This document shows, one piece after another, positions 1 to 15,606 of a stretch of DNA of 64,000 bases (its first letter is position 1; each line of letters starts with the position of its first letter). Source of the stretch: the human T2T-CHM13v2.0 reference genome, Homo sapiens. The stretch lies in assembly GCF_009914755.1 (NCBI RefSeq), contig NC_060927.1, one strand, 5' to 3'. A model generated the notes under the pieces. It was not told the origin of the DNA, ran no database searches, and saw only the letters and a program-made list of their open reading frames with translations. Made by a program: the position numbers and the translations under genes.

Positions 1-34
1 CTGGGATTACAGGTGTGAGCCACTGTGCCCAGCC
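1..34 (-). mobile_element. Alu 5' end (cut by window edge)
   Basis: ctgggattacaggtgtgagccactgtgcccagcc. Confidence 0.9.
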
Positions 35-175
35 TCTAACTGCTTTCTTTAGGGAGAAGTTGGCACTCAAAAACTCTGTTTAGACAGTTGTAAAAAAATA
101 CAAAATAAACACTTATCTGAAATATTCTACAATGCTAGTTTTTCCTTTTCTCCTGATATCCTATTGATATCCTAT

Positions 176-519
176 TGATATGGTTTGGCTCTGTATCCCC
201 ACCCAAATCTCATCTTGTACCTCCCATAATTCTCACATGTTGTGGGAGAGACCCAGTGGAGTATGACTGAATCATGCGGCAGGTCTATCCCACACTGTTT
301 TCATGATGGTGAATGGGTCTCACGAGATCTGATGGTTTTAAAAACGGGAGTTTCTCTGCACAAGCTCTCTCTTCGCCTGCTGCCATCCACATAAGATGTG
401 ACTTGCTTCTCCTGGCCTTCTGCCATAATTGTGAGCCCTCCTCAGCCATGTGGAACTGTAAGTCCAATAAACCCCTTTCTTTTGTAAATTGCCCAGTCTT
501 ATGAAAACGAACTAATACA
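176..519 (+). mobile_element. THE1-family MaLR solo LTR
   Basis: tgatatggtttggct...actaataca termini; 5-bp TSD cctat (171-175, 520-524). Confidence 0.9.
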
Positions 520-1498
520 CCTATTTACTGAAATATCACATTTCTGTCTTAGCTTTTAATCATAAAATAAGGAAAGGTGACTATAAGTGGGGCAAAGCTT
601 CACCAAAAGCAGTAGGTGTCAGGAAAGAAAGTATAAGAGACAAAGAAAGCAAAGGAAGTCCCTGAGTGGTAGAAAAGAGATGAAAAATACAAGTCTGAAG
701 AGGTCTCCGGAAAAACGTAAAGTACCGCAAAAGGAAGAAGGCAAACAGCCAGAAGAGCCAAGGGTCCTTACAATAGTCTCACTTATTTGGCCCTTTTGGC
801 CAAACCCCAAAATGGGAAGACCAATGCAACTGGCTTATTAACTGACACTCCCCGCAAATCTTTTAAGTGGATGAAGAGTTATTGCAAGGATGAGTTAAGG
901 AAAGTATATTAAATTCTGCTCTGGTTCTTCTTCTCTCAAATCTATTCTCTTGATCTTTTGTCCCCATTTGTGTTCACGGGTACCTGTGTCATCTACTGCA
1001 TTCTGCCAAGGTGCCATTGTCACTTGCTCTGGCAGCTATGACTCCAGTGTCCTTCCCCAAGCCTGTTTTACAGCATCTTGCTGTTAATGTGCAGCTCTTA
1101 CCTGGCACTAGAATGAGCTTGTCTAGTTACAGGCATCTGCCCGAACTCAAACCATGTTGCCTAGACTAAGACTTGCAAGCAAATAGCAAATCAACCAGAA
1201 GCATGGAGGGCAGAGTACTCTGTACCCTCGAATCACTTTCTAGGCCCAGTTCCCCTCCCACACTTGAAACCCACCTAAAGCCCAGGCTCCCAAAGAGCAC
1301 AACCTTTTCCAGTTTTGAGCGTGGTTCTGCCTGCCTCTTCCCCATAGCACGGGGAAGGCACACATCTAGGCTGAAGAAAACAGATACCCAGTCCCCAGTC
1401 CAGCAACTGTTTGCCTCCATCAAGCTGCTGAAGTAGATTTAGGAGCCACCAGTAATGGTAAAAGAGCTGCATAATTTAAGTCTTGACCGAAAAGCTAA

Positions 1499-1809
<311 letters not shown>

Positions 1810-2578
1810 AAATTACTTTCTTAATTTTAATTACATACCTCTCCATAAATGGAAGTTAAGTAAAGTACTTCAGACCCAGTATATCTTGGAGATAATAACA
1901 TCAGAAACAGGTCTGGGAGCCCAAATGTATAGATGGGAGGCAGATGAATACTGAAGTATTCTCAGATTTCAGTCTGGCTGCTCAATGTGTTTGAAACAAA
2001 AACAGCGTAATGAGCAACATTTGGAGACAAAGGCTCCAAAGCAAACATATATCCCAGAAGACACAATTAAATACTATACAAGATGAAATACACAAGATCA
2101 TAAATCATTTTTTATTCAGAAAAGGGACAGAAGGAAAAAAAAACAGTGCAAGGATCAGAAGGCAAAGAGCCATCAGGCAGGAACAATCTGTATGGGTATT
2201 TGGTAATGCTTCAGGTAAGACGGGCCTTCCTGCCCATCGAACACTGAAATGAAACCATGCCAGAGTTTCACTTTAATGAGATTTTGATTTCCATCAGCCC
2301 AACCTGGCACTTCTTAGACATAACCATTATATTTTTATCAATGTGTGTCAGGCAGCTGCTATAGCAACTATCAACCCTGAGAGCCCCAAGTGTCTAAACA
2401 AACACATTTTGTGGCAGCACTCCCAGGGCCAACGTATTCTCTATTCTCTTATCCCACCAGCTTGAGATTCTGGAATTCTATTTTAACTGCAGCCAACTAT
2501 GATGCTTTTCCTGCAAGAAGTAACTCTGCTTTCCCCCAGTGGGTAGCATAGATTTAAGACACACAGTAGGTTGTTTTA

Positions 2579-3181
<603 letters not shown>

Positions 3182-3709
3182 TCAACCCGTCACCACCTCT
3201 GAAATGCATCCATTTGAGCTTTGTTCCCCTGGGCCCTTAAAAATGCCAGAGAGCCAATGAAAATTAGGAAAAAAAAAAAAACAACGAATTTTCTAGGAAG
3301 CCCTGAAGAAATATTTTTTTCAAGAGGGATTAATTTTAGGAATAAGAAAATGATTCAAGCTTGTATTTACTAGTGAGATTCTCGGAACGAGCCTATTACA
3401 TTGCAGAAGCTGCAAGTTACAATATAGGGCAAAGGAGACCACAGAAACTCTGAAAAGTCTCCAGTCTCACTCCGAATTTGTGCCCAGTCCTCAGCGAGGG
3501 TCACTGAGGCTCATTCCAGATCAGAAAATGTCAAAAGCCTCATTGAGCTTCCGCATTTGAGATTCATTCTTAAAGCTGAGAAGCAAGAGGAAAGGTAGAA
3601 AAGCAGGTTTGGGCGCCCTTGCTCCAGCGTGAATACACGCAAATCTCCTAGACTGGATTCTGCACCCAAATTGTTTTATTTTGCTACAATGGGATAACCA
3701 GCAAAGAGG

Positions 3710-3981
3710 ACTATACTCGTTAATTTACTGATTTCGATCACTGTGCTGTCTTTAGAGGAGAGTGTCCTTTTTTCAAAAGAAATACACACTGAAGTATGTA
3801 ATAGTGAAGGGACATCATGTCTGCAACTTACTCTTAAGTGGTTAGAAAATTATAATACGTAAATATAAGGAAAAGGTGAAGCAAACATCATAACATGTTA
3901 CTGTTTGGGGAATTTGAAGAAGGATATGTGAGCATTTTTCATACTATTCTTGCAACTTAAGTCTGAAATTATTTTTTAAAA
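3710..3981 (+). mobile_element. Old L1M (L1MC-like) 3' UTR fragment
   Basis: gaaatacacactgaagta...catcatgtctgcaacttactc...tactattcttgcaactt motifs. Confidence 0.55.
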
Positions 3982-4119
3982 ACATGTATACATCTGCCTT
4001 GAGAGAATTATAATGCTCGCAAGACACGGTTCCTGGCCTCAGTTTGGGGGACTGAGCCCACTGAGTGGTTGTTCTAGATTGAACAAAGAACCCCAGGCCG
4101 GGAAGACGCCTGCCACAGT

Positions 4120-4265
4120 GGAAAGAGCCTGGTTCTGCCCTCGTTCTGCCACTTAGCTGGGTGGTCTTGGGCAAGTTGTTTAATTGTTTTGTGTCCCAGC
4201 ATATCATCTGAACGATGGGCATAATCATATCTACTTTGTAAAGATTTCAGAAAACATGTAGCAAA
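4120..4265 (+). mobile_element. MIR fragment
   Basis: ctgccacttagctgggtggtcttgggcaagttgtttaa core. Confidence 0.65.
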
Positions 4266-4900
4266 GGCCAAGTTCAGTAAATGATGGTGGGTTTCACCAA
4301 AAGAAAACCAAATTACCCACACACAATCTACTCTGAAAAACCAACAGTCCCTTTCATGCTTCAGTGAAACAAAGGGCAAAGGGCAGTTGGGGAAAGCATG
4401 AAATATAAAGACTATCACTCATAATCTGGCTTTACTTCCTATCACCTAACTTGCCTCATTCCTTCATTAATTAAGTGACCCCTGGGCAACAAAGCACAAT
4501 AAGGCTGCTGTTATTCTGTTAATTATACTTTATAATTATATGTGACATAACCAGTCTCAAGCTATTTTTACCTTTATCTTAATCTTCACAAATATCTTTA
4601 TATCTGCTCATTGATTAAACCCTCCTCCAAAAGGACTGAGGCATCTCAAAGGAATGCATTATTATCCCTGGCTTCTTGATTAACAACTAGAAATACTCCT
4701 GGTGTGTATTCTAGAGGTATCCTCATGAGGGGACAGGCATGAGGATGTTTACTGCAGCGAGGTGAGTGGGGCACAGAGCTGGAGGCAATGTGCGTTGTCT
4801 GTCATCCGAGAGTCGCTGGGTATAATGTGGTGGCCTCAACACCACAGAAATAATGGACCAGATGCTGCATGCCAATGGATCTTAAAAACAGAATGCTGAG

Positions 4901-5178
<278 letters not shown>

Positions 5179-5477
5179 TCATCATTCTCAGCAAACTATC
5201 GCAAGGATAAAAAACCAAACACCGCATGTTCTCACTCATAGGTGGGAATTGAACAATGAGAACACATGGACACAGGAAGGGGAACATCACACTCCGGGGA
5301 CTGTTGTGGGGTGGGGGGGAGGGAGGAGGGATAGCATTAGGAGATATACCTAAGGCTAAATGACCAGTTCATGGGTGCAGCACACCAACATGGCACATGT
5401 ATACATATGTAGCAAACCTGCACGTTGTGCACATGTACCCTCAAACTTAAAGCATAATAATAATAAAAAAAAGAAAA
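5179..5477 (+). mobile_element. Young primate L1 (L1PA3/4-like) 3' terminal ~300 bp
   Basis: catcattctcagcaaactatcgcaagg...gatagcattaggagatatacctaa...aataataataaaa. Confidence 0.9.
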
Positions 5478-5536
5478 GATAGAATGGGGAGCTTTTGCCT
5501 TAAAATGTTCAAGCCAAAAATAAAAATAAGAAGTGG

Positions 5537-5896
<360 letters not shown>

Positions 5897-6095
5897 TTAC
5901 ATTTGAAAGGTTCCATGTCCATTTTGTCATTTTAAGGTACCCACTGAATGGAATGAAATGAATCTTCAAATCAAAAAAAAAAAAAAAAAAAAAAACACAG
6001 AATGCTGAGTGCAAACGTCATGAGTGGAATGAGACTTATAATGTGATGCCAGCAAGTCTGAAAGGTGTTCCATAGTATTTATGTAAATATGTTAG

Positions 6096-6262
6096 TTACA
6101 TTTTTCATAAAATGTTACATTTTTAACTTCTAAAATAAAAATATATCCCAAACAGTAGAGGAAGGGCAGGAGAGATTAATGCAGAATTACATTTTTCATG
6201 AAATGTTACATTTGTAACTTGTAACATAAAAATATATCCCAAACAGTAGAGACGAAGGGCAG
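6096..6262. repeat. ~75-bp imperfect direct repeat (period 91)
   Basis: ttacatttttcat...aaaaatatatcccaaacagtagag..gaagggcag at 6096-6169 and 6187-6262. Confidence 0.9.
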
Positions 6263-6394
6263 TAGAAATACTTGGACATAAGGATAGATGGATGGATCGT
6301 AGAGAAATGGATGGAATTAAAGGAGGAAGACAGTGGGACACAGACACAGTGTGTGTACTCATCCCAAACATGGACAAGCCCCCGGGGGTCTTAC

Positions 6395-6605
6395 CCGAGG
6401 CTCCTGGCTTCTGGCTGGGCTGGCCCGCCTGGTGCACACTCTGCTGTAACAAGTTGAGGCACTCCCCAAGGCAGCTGAGGGTGGCAGCAGAGGTAGCTTT
6501 CAGGAGCAGCAGGTCCTGGTCCAAGGCAGTGAGGGGGCCGGACCCTGGCAGGGACTCAATGGCGTGCACAAGGTTCTTCTGCTGCCCTTCCACCTGGTTC
6601 ATCAT
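6395..6605 (-). CDS. OSBPL10: Internal coding exon (probably exon 5) of oxysterol-binding protein-related protein 10; linker/coiled-coil region between the PH and ORD domains
   Basis: Peptide [70 protein letters not shown] matches my recollection of ORP10. Minus-strand acceptor tcttcttgttttgtag|ATG (AG at 6607-6606) and donor TCGG|gtaaga (GT at 6394-6393); 211 nt, phase 0 in and phase 1 out. Confidence 0.93.
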
Positions 6606-7977
6606 CTACAAAACAAGAAGACAGTAAGGAGGTGAGGGGCGGAAGTTCTTTCGACAGGCTGGGGAGGCGGCAGATAAACCACAGAAGTGGGTAAAACTAG
6701 GTGAGGGTCAACTCAGCGTGTTCGGTGCACATTCGTCTTTTGATAAATACTCAATCCTGGGTGAAATCTGTCAAGGCAAATTTAGCCAAAGGCACTCTAA
6801 TCAAAAGAGAATTTGTCAACTTTCAAGCTAAAAGGGGCCATTAGGGCCATCTGGGTATATCATTTTACAGATCTTCTGGAGGTAAGTCAATAATAAATAC
6901 ACTAAAAGCAGTCCTTGCAACCACCTTTAGAGTCCTTCTTCTACGGAAGGTTATCTGAGACAGCAGGCGCACTGTGTGGCTTTCCCTCCTTGCTTTTCCT
7001 CCAGCTCCAAACCTTAACTCTTTGCTAGTCCTGTTCAGAGTTCACGAATTGGAAGGGAAATCTGGGGCTGGTGTTTGTACAAAGGAGATTACAAAGAAAC
7101 CAATGCTGAGCCCCCTTCGCTCGCTTGCAAAAAAAAAAAAAAAAAAATGCTAAACAGGACATGACCTTCTTAACACCAGGAGAGATGTCAGGAAGAGAAA
7201 AACCAGAAATTCTAGACCCAGCCCTACTCCATGGCTTAAGCTATGGCAAATAATCATATCTTGTGGCCTGGCTTCAATTCATAAGCTTATCATAACAACA
7301 AAGACAAACAGTAGTCTAATGATGTCTTTGAACTAACAAATCAAAAAGAAAAGAACACAAGATCTAGAAAAGGACTTTAATGGTTATCTTGTGAAGTTCA
7401 TCCTCCTCATGTTTTATAACATCCCATTAAACAGGATGATGTACATAAAGTGCTTCGGCACCATGTCTAACAAATAATTAGCGAGTCTAAGAAGTGGAGG
7501 AGCTCAAGCAACCCGCCCAAGGTCACAAAGCCCACTGACATCAGAAGCAGGAGTAAATTCCTGTTCTCTGGTCCGCTGTTTTTTAATCTTCTCCACAAAA
7601 GCTGTTTTTATTTGAAGCAACATCTCCTACTTTGTCACTGTCATCCCTGGAGGATCCTTGTCACCATGATGTCACCAGTGGGAAGAAGCAGTAATTCTGT
7701 AAGGACTGCCAGACTTGGACACAAAGCTCGTTTCTTTTTTGCTCAGCCTTTTTTCTCTTTCCTTTTGAAACAAATACCTGCTATCGGCGATTACTTCAAA
7801 ACGATGTTTTTAAAAAGATTATTGTTAATAGACACATTCCACAGATGTGGTTTGAGCGTTCTCATCTTAGTGTACACATCCATAATCTGGCCATGCAAAT
7901 TGTTTTTTTGCAGATTACAGAGGATCTACCTAGCCATTCTGGCTCCTAAAACAGTGCCTAGAAATAAGGAGAGCTCA

Positions 7978-8364
<387 letters not shown>

Positions 8365-8385
8365 TCATTTAAAATTGCACCTCCA

Positions 8386-8785
<400 letters not shown>

Positions 8786-9470
8786 TTATTATATTCATTT
8801 ATGCTAGTGTGCAAGCAGGAATCATTATCTGTGTTGTCTGCTGATGTATCCCAAGTACTGTAAGTACCTACCTATTGAATGAATGAATCCAAGTTTCCCT
8901 CCTCTCACAGAAGTGCAAGAGAATCCATTTATGACACTCTACAGAATACTTGATGAACATAATATGGCTGAAGATTTAGTAACAGATAATACCTCCATTA
9001 TCAGTTTGCCAAGAAGTACTGCCAACTAGTTAAATTTAACTTCAAACAAGATAAAACGTCTATGTATTCTCTGACATTTGTATGTATAAATGCTAACAGG
9101 GAGAAATGGATTTCGAGCTATTTGTAGTCAGCATTTCTGTAAATTCCTACCATAAAATCCTGTCTTAGAAAAATGCACTGAAAAGAAAGAAGAAATCATG
9201 ATGAAACATGATGCATTATGTTTTTATTATTATGAATGATGCCATAATGTTAAGATTTTATTCACCTTAAGAGAAAAGGTGAATAAAATCAAGCCATAAA
9301 CTATACGGTATATACTCATTTCTAATCAACAAAAAGAACTATATTCCAATTATACAGTATAGGATAATTATTATTTCATAAACAGAAGACATTATGAAAA
9401 TCTTAGATAATAAAAACACGAAACCGGCTTAGAGAATATTCTTCTCTATTACAACAGATGCACGTGCTCA

Positions 9471-9884
<414 letters not shown>

Positions 9885-11469
9885 AAAGTATTCATCCGTA
9901 TTTACTGAGAGCCGATTGCCAATAGCAACGGCAGGTAGCCTTTAAAGGCAGTGGGGTTTGGCAGTTACGATGGCTGGGGAAGAACTACGGCACTGAAAGC
10001 ATAGAGCCCAGGAGTGCTAAATGTCTCTTGAATCAGGGCACAGTCCTGTACAACAAAGAACACTGCCGTTTAAAATGCTAACAGTGCCCCTTGAGTAACC
10101 CTTTGCTAGAGACACATCAGTAACCAGGCACCTCATGGCTTTTGACTTCTTTCTTGAGAAACTGAATGCTAAAAATAATACAAGCTTTACAGTGATTGGC
10201 ACACAGTAGACACCTCCTAAAGATTCGTTTTCTTCTCATTTTCCATGAGATGTGAAACAGAACTCTAGTCTTTAATGACACAATCAATGCCAATCTTCAC
10301 TTTACGTTAGCTTCATCAGAATCCAAAAGAAGTTGATTGAACCCTGAAAGAAATGTAGGATTTCTAGCCTTGGAGCTGTGCATCACAGTTATTACTGCTC
10401 CAACACTTGCTAAGACTGGGAGGCACTGATGAAGACTCTTCATCAGACTTCCGAAGAACAAGTTTTAGCTATGTCCATCTCTCTCTCATTTTAATTAAGG
10501 GCACATGTGAGAAGATAAATGTGGTACCGAAAGGCTGAATGCACCAAAAATATCAACAGCAAATTCTTAAAGAGGGTTCCTTCTCCCCTTCAAGGTGCCT
10601 ACCAGCTTATCAACAAAGGAGCAAAGCCCAACCATCAACAAACAGACTCACCTAGATCTCCCAGCCTTTAAGAAAATGTTGAACCATTTACTTTAATTAC
10701 GAAGTTTCAAATTATAACCCCAAATACTTCCTCCAAGGCACACCAACATTAATCATCCATGATTGTTTAAAAACAAACAAACAAAAAGCACAAATTTCAT
10801 TTCTTTCTGGAATTTAGCTTCCACGATCAAGGCATCGTGATGTTGTAACACGGGCACAAAAACAGAGCCCCAAATTAAATTTCAGAGATACAATCACCTG
10901 AAAATATCAACTCTGAGGTTGTAAAAGAGATGAAACGTAGGTCAAGTTGAACTTCACAGATAAGAAACTTGTCAGAGAGGGAATAAAAATTCTATGGCCT
11001 GTTTCTTGCACTATAAACAATAACACATGCGTTACAAAATCAAATCATAGGAGTTAATGTTAATAGCATCAGTGGCTGCAGAAGAAGAAAAAAACAAGTC
11101 AAAAAAGCTGAAACGAAGATGCAAAGATCAAAAACCAATGATATCTAGCTCAACAAGTTTAAATCTGGGTAAAGCAAGGGCTGCGGGAGACAGCAAGAAG
11201 ATAAGGGCCTCATTTGTCTTGACTGCTTCGGATTTTTCTGAGCTGTAAACCCTGTGCAGTTTCAGAGGCACCTGCAAAGTCCAATCCTGATGGGTCAGGT
11301 GTCAACAAATTTGACAACTTCAGTCACTCCTCCATTACTCTCCAAAAGCTCAGCATGAAGCAGCTCCTAAACAAACATTCCTAATCCTAAAGGAACCAAA
11401 GCTGCTTGTCTTGTTGGCAGAGCCTCAACCGGTGCCCCAGTGCCTTCAATTACTCAATCTGTCTGGCTT

Positions 11470-12445
11470 GGAAGGAGACCATACAATTTGATGCCACATA
11501 CAAGATGGCCTTGGTTTGGCATTTCTCTTCAGTCTGGTGGAATTCCTGAGTCCCTGCTAAGTTCCCCTCTGAGTCAGGGGATCAGTCCTTGGTTAACGTA
11601 GGCACTTTTTCACTTGGCCAATGTCCTCACCTAAGCTTTAAAGCTGTGCTTCAAGGATTTTTTTTTTTTTTTTTAGACAGAGTTTCAATCTTTATTGACC
11701 AGGCTGGAGTACAATAGCTTGACCTCAGCTCACCGCAACTTCCGCCTCGCCTCCTGGGTTTAAGTGATTCTCCTGATTCAGCCTAGCTGGGATTACAGGT
11801 ATGCACCACCACGCCCGGCTAATTTTGTATGTTTAGTAGAGACAGGGTTTCTCCATGCTGGTCAGGCTGGTCTCGAACTCCTGACCTCAGGTGATCTGCC
11901 CGCCGCAGCCTCACAAAGTGCTGGGATTACAAGTGTTACCCACCATGCCCGGCCGCTTTATGGATCTTTAAACCAAAACCACACACACACACAAACAGCT
12001 TACTGTCTGCCTCAACATGGCTGCTTTATTATCCTATTCCACTACTCTCAGGAGCAATACTTTAATTTTCCAGGGGACTCCATCCCAGAAATGGTTTGAT
12101 GATTCATTACAGGAACTTCCCCAAATGTTCATCAACGCTTTAATAAAAACCATCAACACTCTGCCCTCTAAAAGTCTTTGAATGCCTTGCCTCAAAATCC
12201 TTGCCTTGTTGTTTTCACTAATTCTGAACTGTTAAATCTTGATTCTTAATCTTAATCCTAATCAAGTCTCCACATTGTATACCAAACTTCCAGTTCTTGA
12301 TAAATTCTGACCTTGCCTTACCCGCTTGGAGACAGAGCCAGTGCCCTGTGGAGGTGGTGTTCTTCCTCACAGTGGCAAACAATAAAGTCAGCCTTGTTTT
12401 ATTAACAAATTGTAAGTTGATATGTGGAGAGCTGGCTTTCCAATC
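11470..12445 (+). mobile_element. Probable old ERVL-type LTR (MER76-like), split by an Alu
   Basis: 3' part caataaagtcagccttgttttattaacaaattg...ggagagctggc resembles the recalled ERVL LTR end; boundaries are approximate. Confidence 0.35.
11658..11954 (-). mobile_element. AluSp-like
   Basis: Poly(T), ctccatgctggtcagg; imperfect TSD gctt.a.ggat. Confidence 0.92.
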
Positions 12446-13096
12446 CACAACCCCCTTCTCCAAACATCTGAGTGTTGGGGCACAGTCAGTCCTGGTCTCT
12501 CACCTGAACAATTTTGTCTTCTCTCAATGAGCTGCCGACTTTTTCTATCTGACATTCTACCTTCGCCCTATAATTCCCAGCCTATGTCTCTTGTTCTACA
12601 CCTCCTGGCACAACATACACCTAAAATGATAGCCCTCCAAGCGTTCCCTTTAGGCAAGGTCCTGAGCCCCTGGGGACACTGCTCATCATACCCACAAACA
12701 CAATCCTGTGTAGGCCAGTCCCAAACAGTTCGTGACTGCCAAGTATCTGTTAAGCCTGTTTTAGTGAGTGGAGAAAGAAAACCCCCATCTAGTGTACAGA
12801 ACTTCCAAAAACACATTTCTCTCAGTAGGGCTAAGAGAGTGACGGTGGCAATAACGGACAAGATGAGCGGAAGGAAGAGGGATCCAGCTCCAGTGGAGAC
12901 AGGGTGCTGGCTAAACAGATGACAATGTTACAAAGAAAAAGAAGAAAGGAAAAGACACAGAAAGAGAAGGGAGAAACCAATATAAGAAATATCACACTGT
13001 ATACTATAAACCAAAGGAAACAAACAAACAAACAAAAGGTAAACAGGCGGCAGGATCTCAAAAACAGTGACCACTAGGTCGTCAATGAGCTTACTG

Positions 13097-13265
13097 CAGG
13101 AGTCTGCAGACTTCTGTAAAGGGCCACGTGGTAAACACTTTAGGTTTTGCAGACCGTATGTTCTCTGTGGCAACTACTCAACTCTGTCACTGTAGCTTGA
13201 AAGCAGCCAGAGGCAATGAATAAACAAATGGGCATGGCTGTTTTCCAGTGAAACTAATATTTTTA
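13097..13265 (+). mobile_element. MER58 (hAT-Charlie) fragment
   Basis: ctgtaaagggcca...caactactcaactctg...aaagcagcca...gggcatggctg. Confidence 0.8.
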
Positions 13266-13289
13266 TTCACTCTCAGTTTCGGTGTCAGA

Positions 13290-13740
13290 TAAGATCTTTT
13301 CTCACTCATGTTGTGATTGTCCTGGTTCTTGATATGACTGATGATTTTCAACTCTACCCTAGATATTTTGGTTATTATGTTAGGGGACTCTGGGTCCCAT
13401 TTGCTTTTTTTCTTTTTTAGGCTGGAAGTCTCATGTTTAAGTTTAGAACATAGGTCCTGGCCTGCTTGTATGGGCTGTGGTTCCAATGACAATCTCATTT
13501 CAGAGCCATTGTGGTACTATTTTGATTTGCTTGCTTCATCTCCTGCCTCTGGAGCCTCTACTGGTCCCTGTTAGTGTTACCAAAGGGGACAGAAAGAGCT
13601 TCCCCAGACCTCTGACTGGTGCCTCTAGTCGAAAGAATGGAGTTTCCAGCCTTCCAGGATGGGAGCAGGATTACCCTTGCTCATGCCCATAGCTGCACCT
13701 TGCCCCCAACTCTGGGTAGGAGGGGAGTCTCAGGCCCGAA
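13290..13740 (-). mobile_element. Old L1M 5'/ORF1-region fragment
   Basis: tcctggttcttgatatgactgatgattttc...gactctgg resembles the reverse strand of L1M. Confidence 0.45.
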
Positions 13741-15104
13741 GTCATTTTTTTATGCCTAACGGTATAATAGTCTGCTTTCCTTTCAAAGATGTGTAAGTGT
13801 AGACACCCTATTTCCACTTCCAAGTTGAAGACTGCTTCATAAGCAGATCTAACTGGCCGGTTGGAAGTTGTACTAATCTTTTTGGTAATAGAATCTATTC
13901 TCCCCTTCAGGAAATTGGCAGAAGAGATGCATTCATTATTTCTAGATATTTACCTGCTTTCTGGATTCATACTTACTTTGCTTTGGACTTCATGGTGTCA
14001 TTATTGAGGCTGACCGTCACTAAGTGACTTAAGCCATGATCCCAGGTTTTTCTGTCCACCCTTGCCCCTGGAAGGCAGGACAGGCTAATGGCATTTTGAA
14101 GTTCAACAATTTGACACTTTATCATGTGAGATGAGAGGGATGGAACAAAAGAGTGGTTGAAAGGACAACCCAAAGACCCAGAACATCCAAAGCTTTTTCT
14201 GGTCCTTCCATGGTTTGAGTTGGTATCAAGAAATCTCCAGTGTTGTCTCTAAACCAGGCCATGCTGTTGAGGGCAAAAGGTAAATGCAAAATTCTGAATT
14301 GCACCTACACACTCAAAAGACACTTTCTGAAGATGGGGGGAGATAAGCCTTCTGCAGTTCCAAGAAACTGATTCCTTTCTGTCATTTCTTCACCTTTGGC
14401 TTTTCTACAATCATTGCCTTACCACTCCCAATAGTAACACCACACTGCACAAACATAAAATGCAAATTTTATCTTTACAAACTCCTTAGGAGGAAACCGT
14501 TACTGAGATCCTCAAGAAATGTGAGATCATAACACAACTTATCGTACGGGTCTGTCAAGTCTGCTTCTTGGCAGGCAGGAAACCTGAGTTCAGAGAAGCT
14601 GAATGACTCTGCCAAAGTCACAGCTTCACTTTCCTGGCAAGGCATAATTCACCATTAGTCCTCCGGCTCCACTTCAGCGCCCTTTACACTCTGACACATG
14701 CTCCTGTGGACTTCCTCGTATTTCTTTCATATATTCTAGAAGCAAAAAACTATCTCCTGCCTCAGAAAACAACAATGAGAAGGTTCCTTCCTTTCCACTG
14801 TCCCTCAGCCCACCCATTCTCACCATCTGGAAACCAGCTTTTTTGGTTTTGCTTTCCGATTACAAAAGGCTGGCTCATTCCATCAACAACCATCCCAACA
14901 GAATCAGACAGTAAAGACAGTTATAAAGAAGGAAGTAAAGTTACCTGTCATCCCACTTCCTGGAGATAAGTGCTGTTAACATTCTGGTATTATTCTGACT
15001 CTTTTAATTTATATCTACACACACAGAGGTATATTATTTTATCTTAAAAACATCACCCCTTATATATAATTGTATAACCTTTGATCACTTTAGAATGTAT
15101 CATC

Positions 15105-15272
15105 TCTAACACTTGGGACATACTTCAAAATAACCCAATGGGGGTAAAAGAGCAAGGATGAAACAATATTGGCTTTGGGGGTAGCTAAAGCTGTTGATGG
15201 GGACATGGAAATTCAACATGATCTTCTCTAGTGTATTTACATTTGAAATTTTTCATAACAACGATGTCTTTT
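15105..15272 (+). mobile_element. Old L1M 3' terminus
   Basis: acttcaaaataacc...gatgaaacaa...catttgaaatttttcataa. Confidence 0.55.
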
Positions 15273-15286
15273 AAAATAGGGGGAAA

Positions 15287-15588
15287 CCTCCTCTTGGCTT
15301 TCACATTTTAAATCTTAAATGTTACTATTGCAGGCCGCAGGCATGACAGGCAATGAGCAGGTGAAGAACCAATGGAAAAGTGTTCAGAAACTCCTGCGTT
15401 AGCTAACAGGCTTCTGAATGTATCACTGTAGTCCACAGAGAAGGCTGGAGGAGGTAGCAAGGAGATGCTGTAACAGCTGCTACAGCCTTAAAACAAAGTT
15501 GGTGTCTCTCTGGACTTTAAAATTGTTCCTATGCAGCTTATTTTTGTTTAACCAAATAAACATGAGGGTTTTTCCGTGAAAATTAAAT
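15287..15588 (+). pseudogene. Short orphan retrocopy (3' end of an unidentified polyadenylated transcript)
   Basis: Perfect TSD aaaatagggggaaa at 15273-15286 and 15589-15602 after a TTTT/AAAA site; AATAAA at 15555-15560; A-rich tail remnant at 15579-15588; the interior matches no repeat I recognise. Confidence 0.7.
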
Positions 15589-15606
15589 AAAATAGGGGGA
15601 AAATAT

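Noticed and set aside
6123-6394. C-terminal extension of the 160-aa ORF beyond the exon
   Set aside because: Lies past a strong G|gtaaga donor and is read-through into intron.
10426-10446. Perfect 10-bp inverted repeat ctgatgaaga-c-tcttcatcag
   Set aside because: Too short to exceed chance in 64 kb; no snoRNA or miRNA context.
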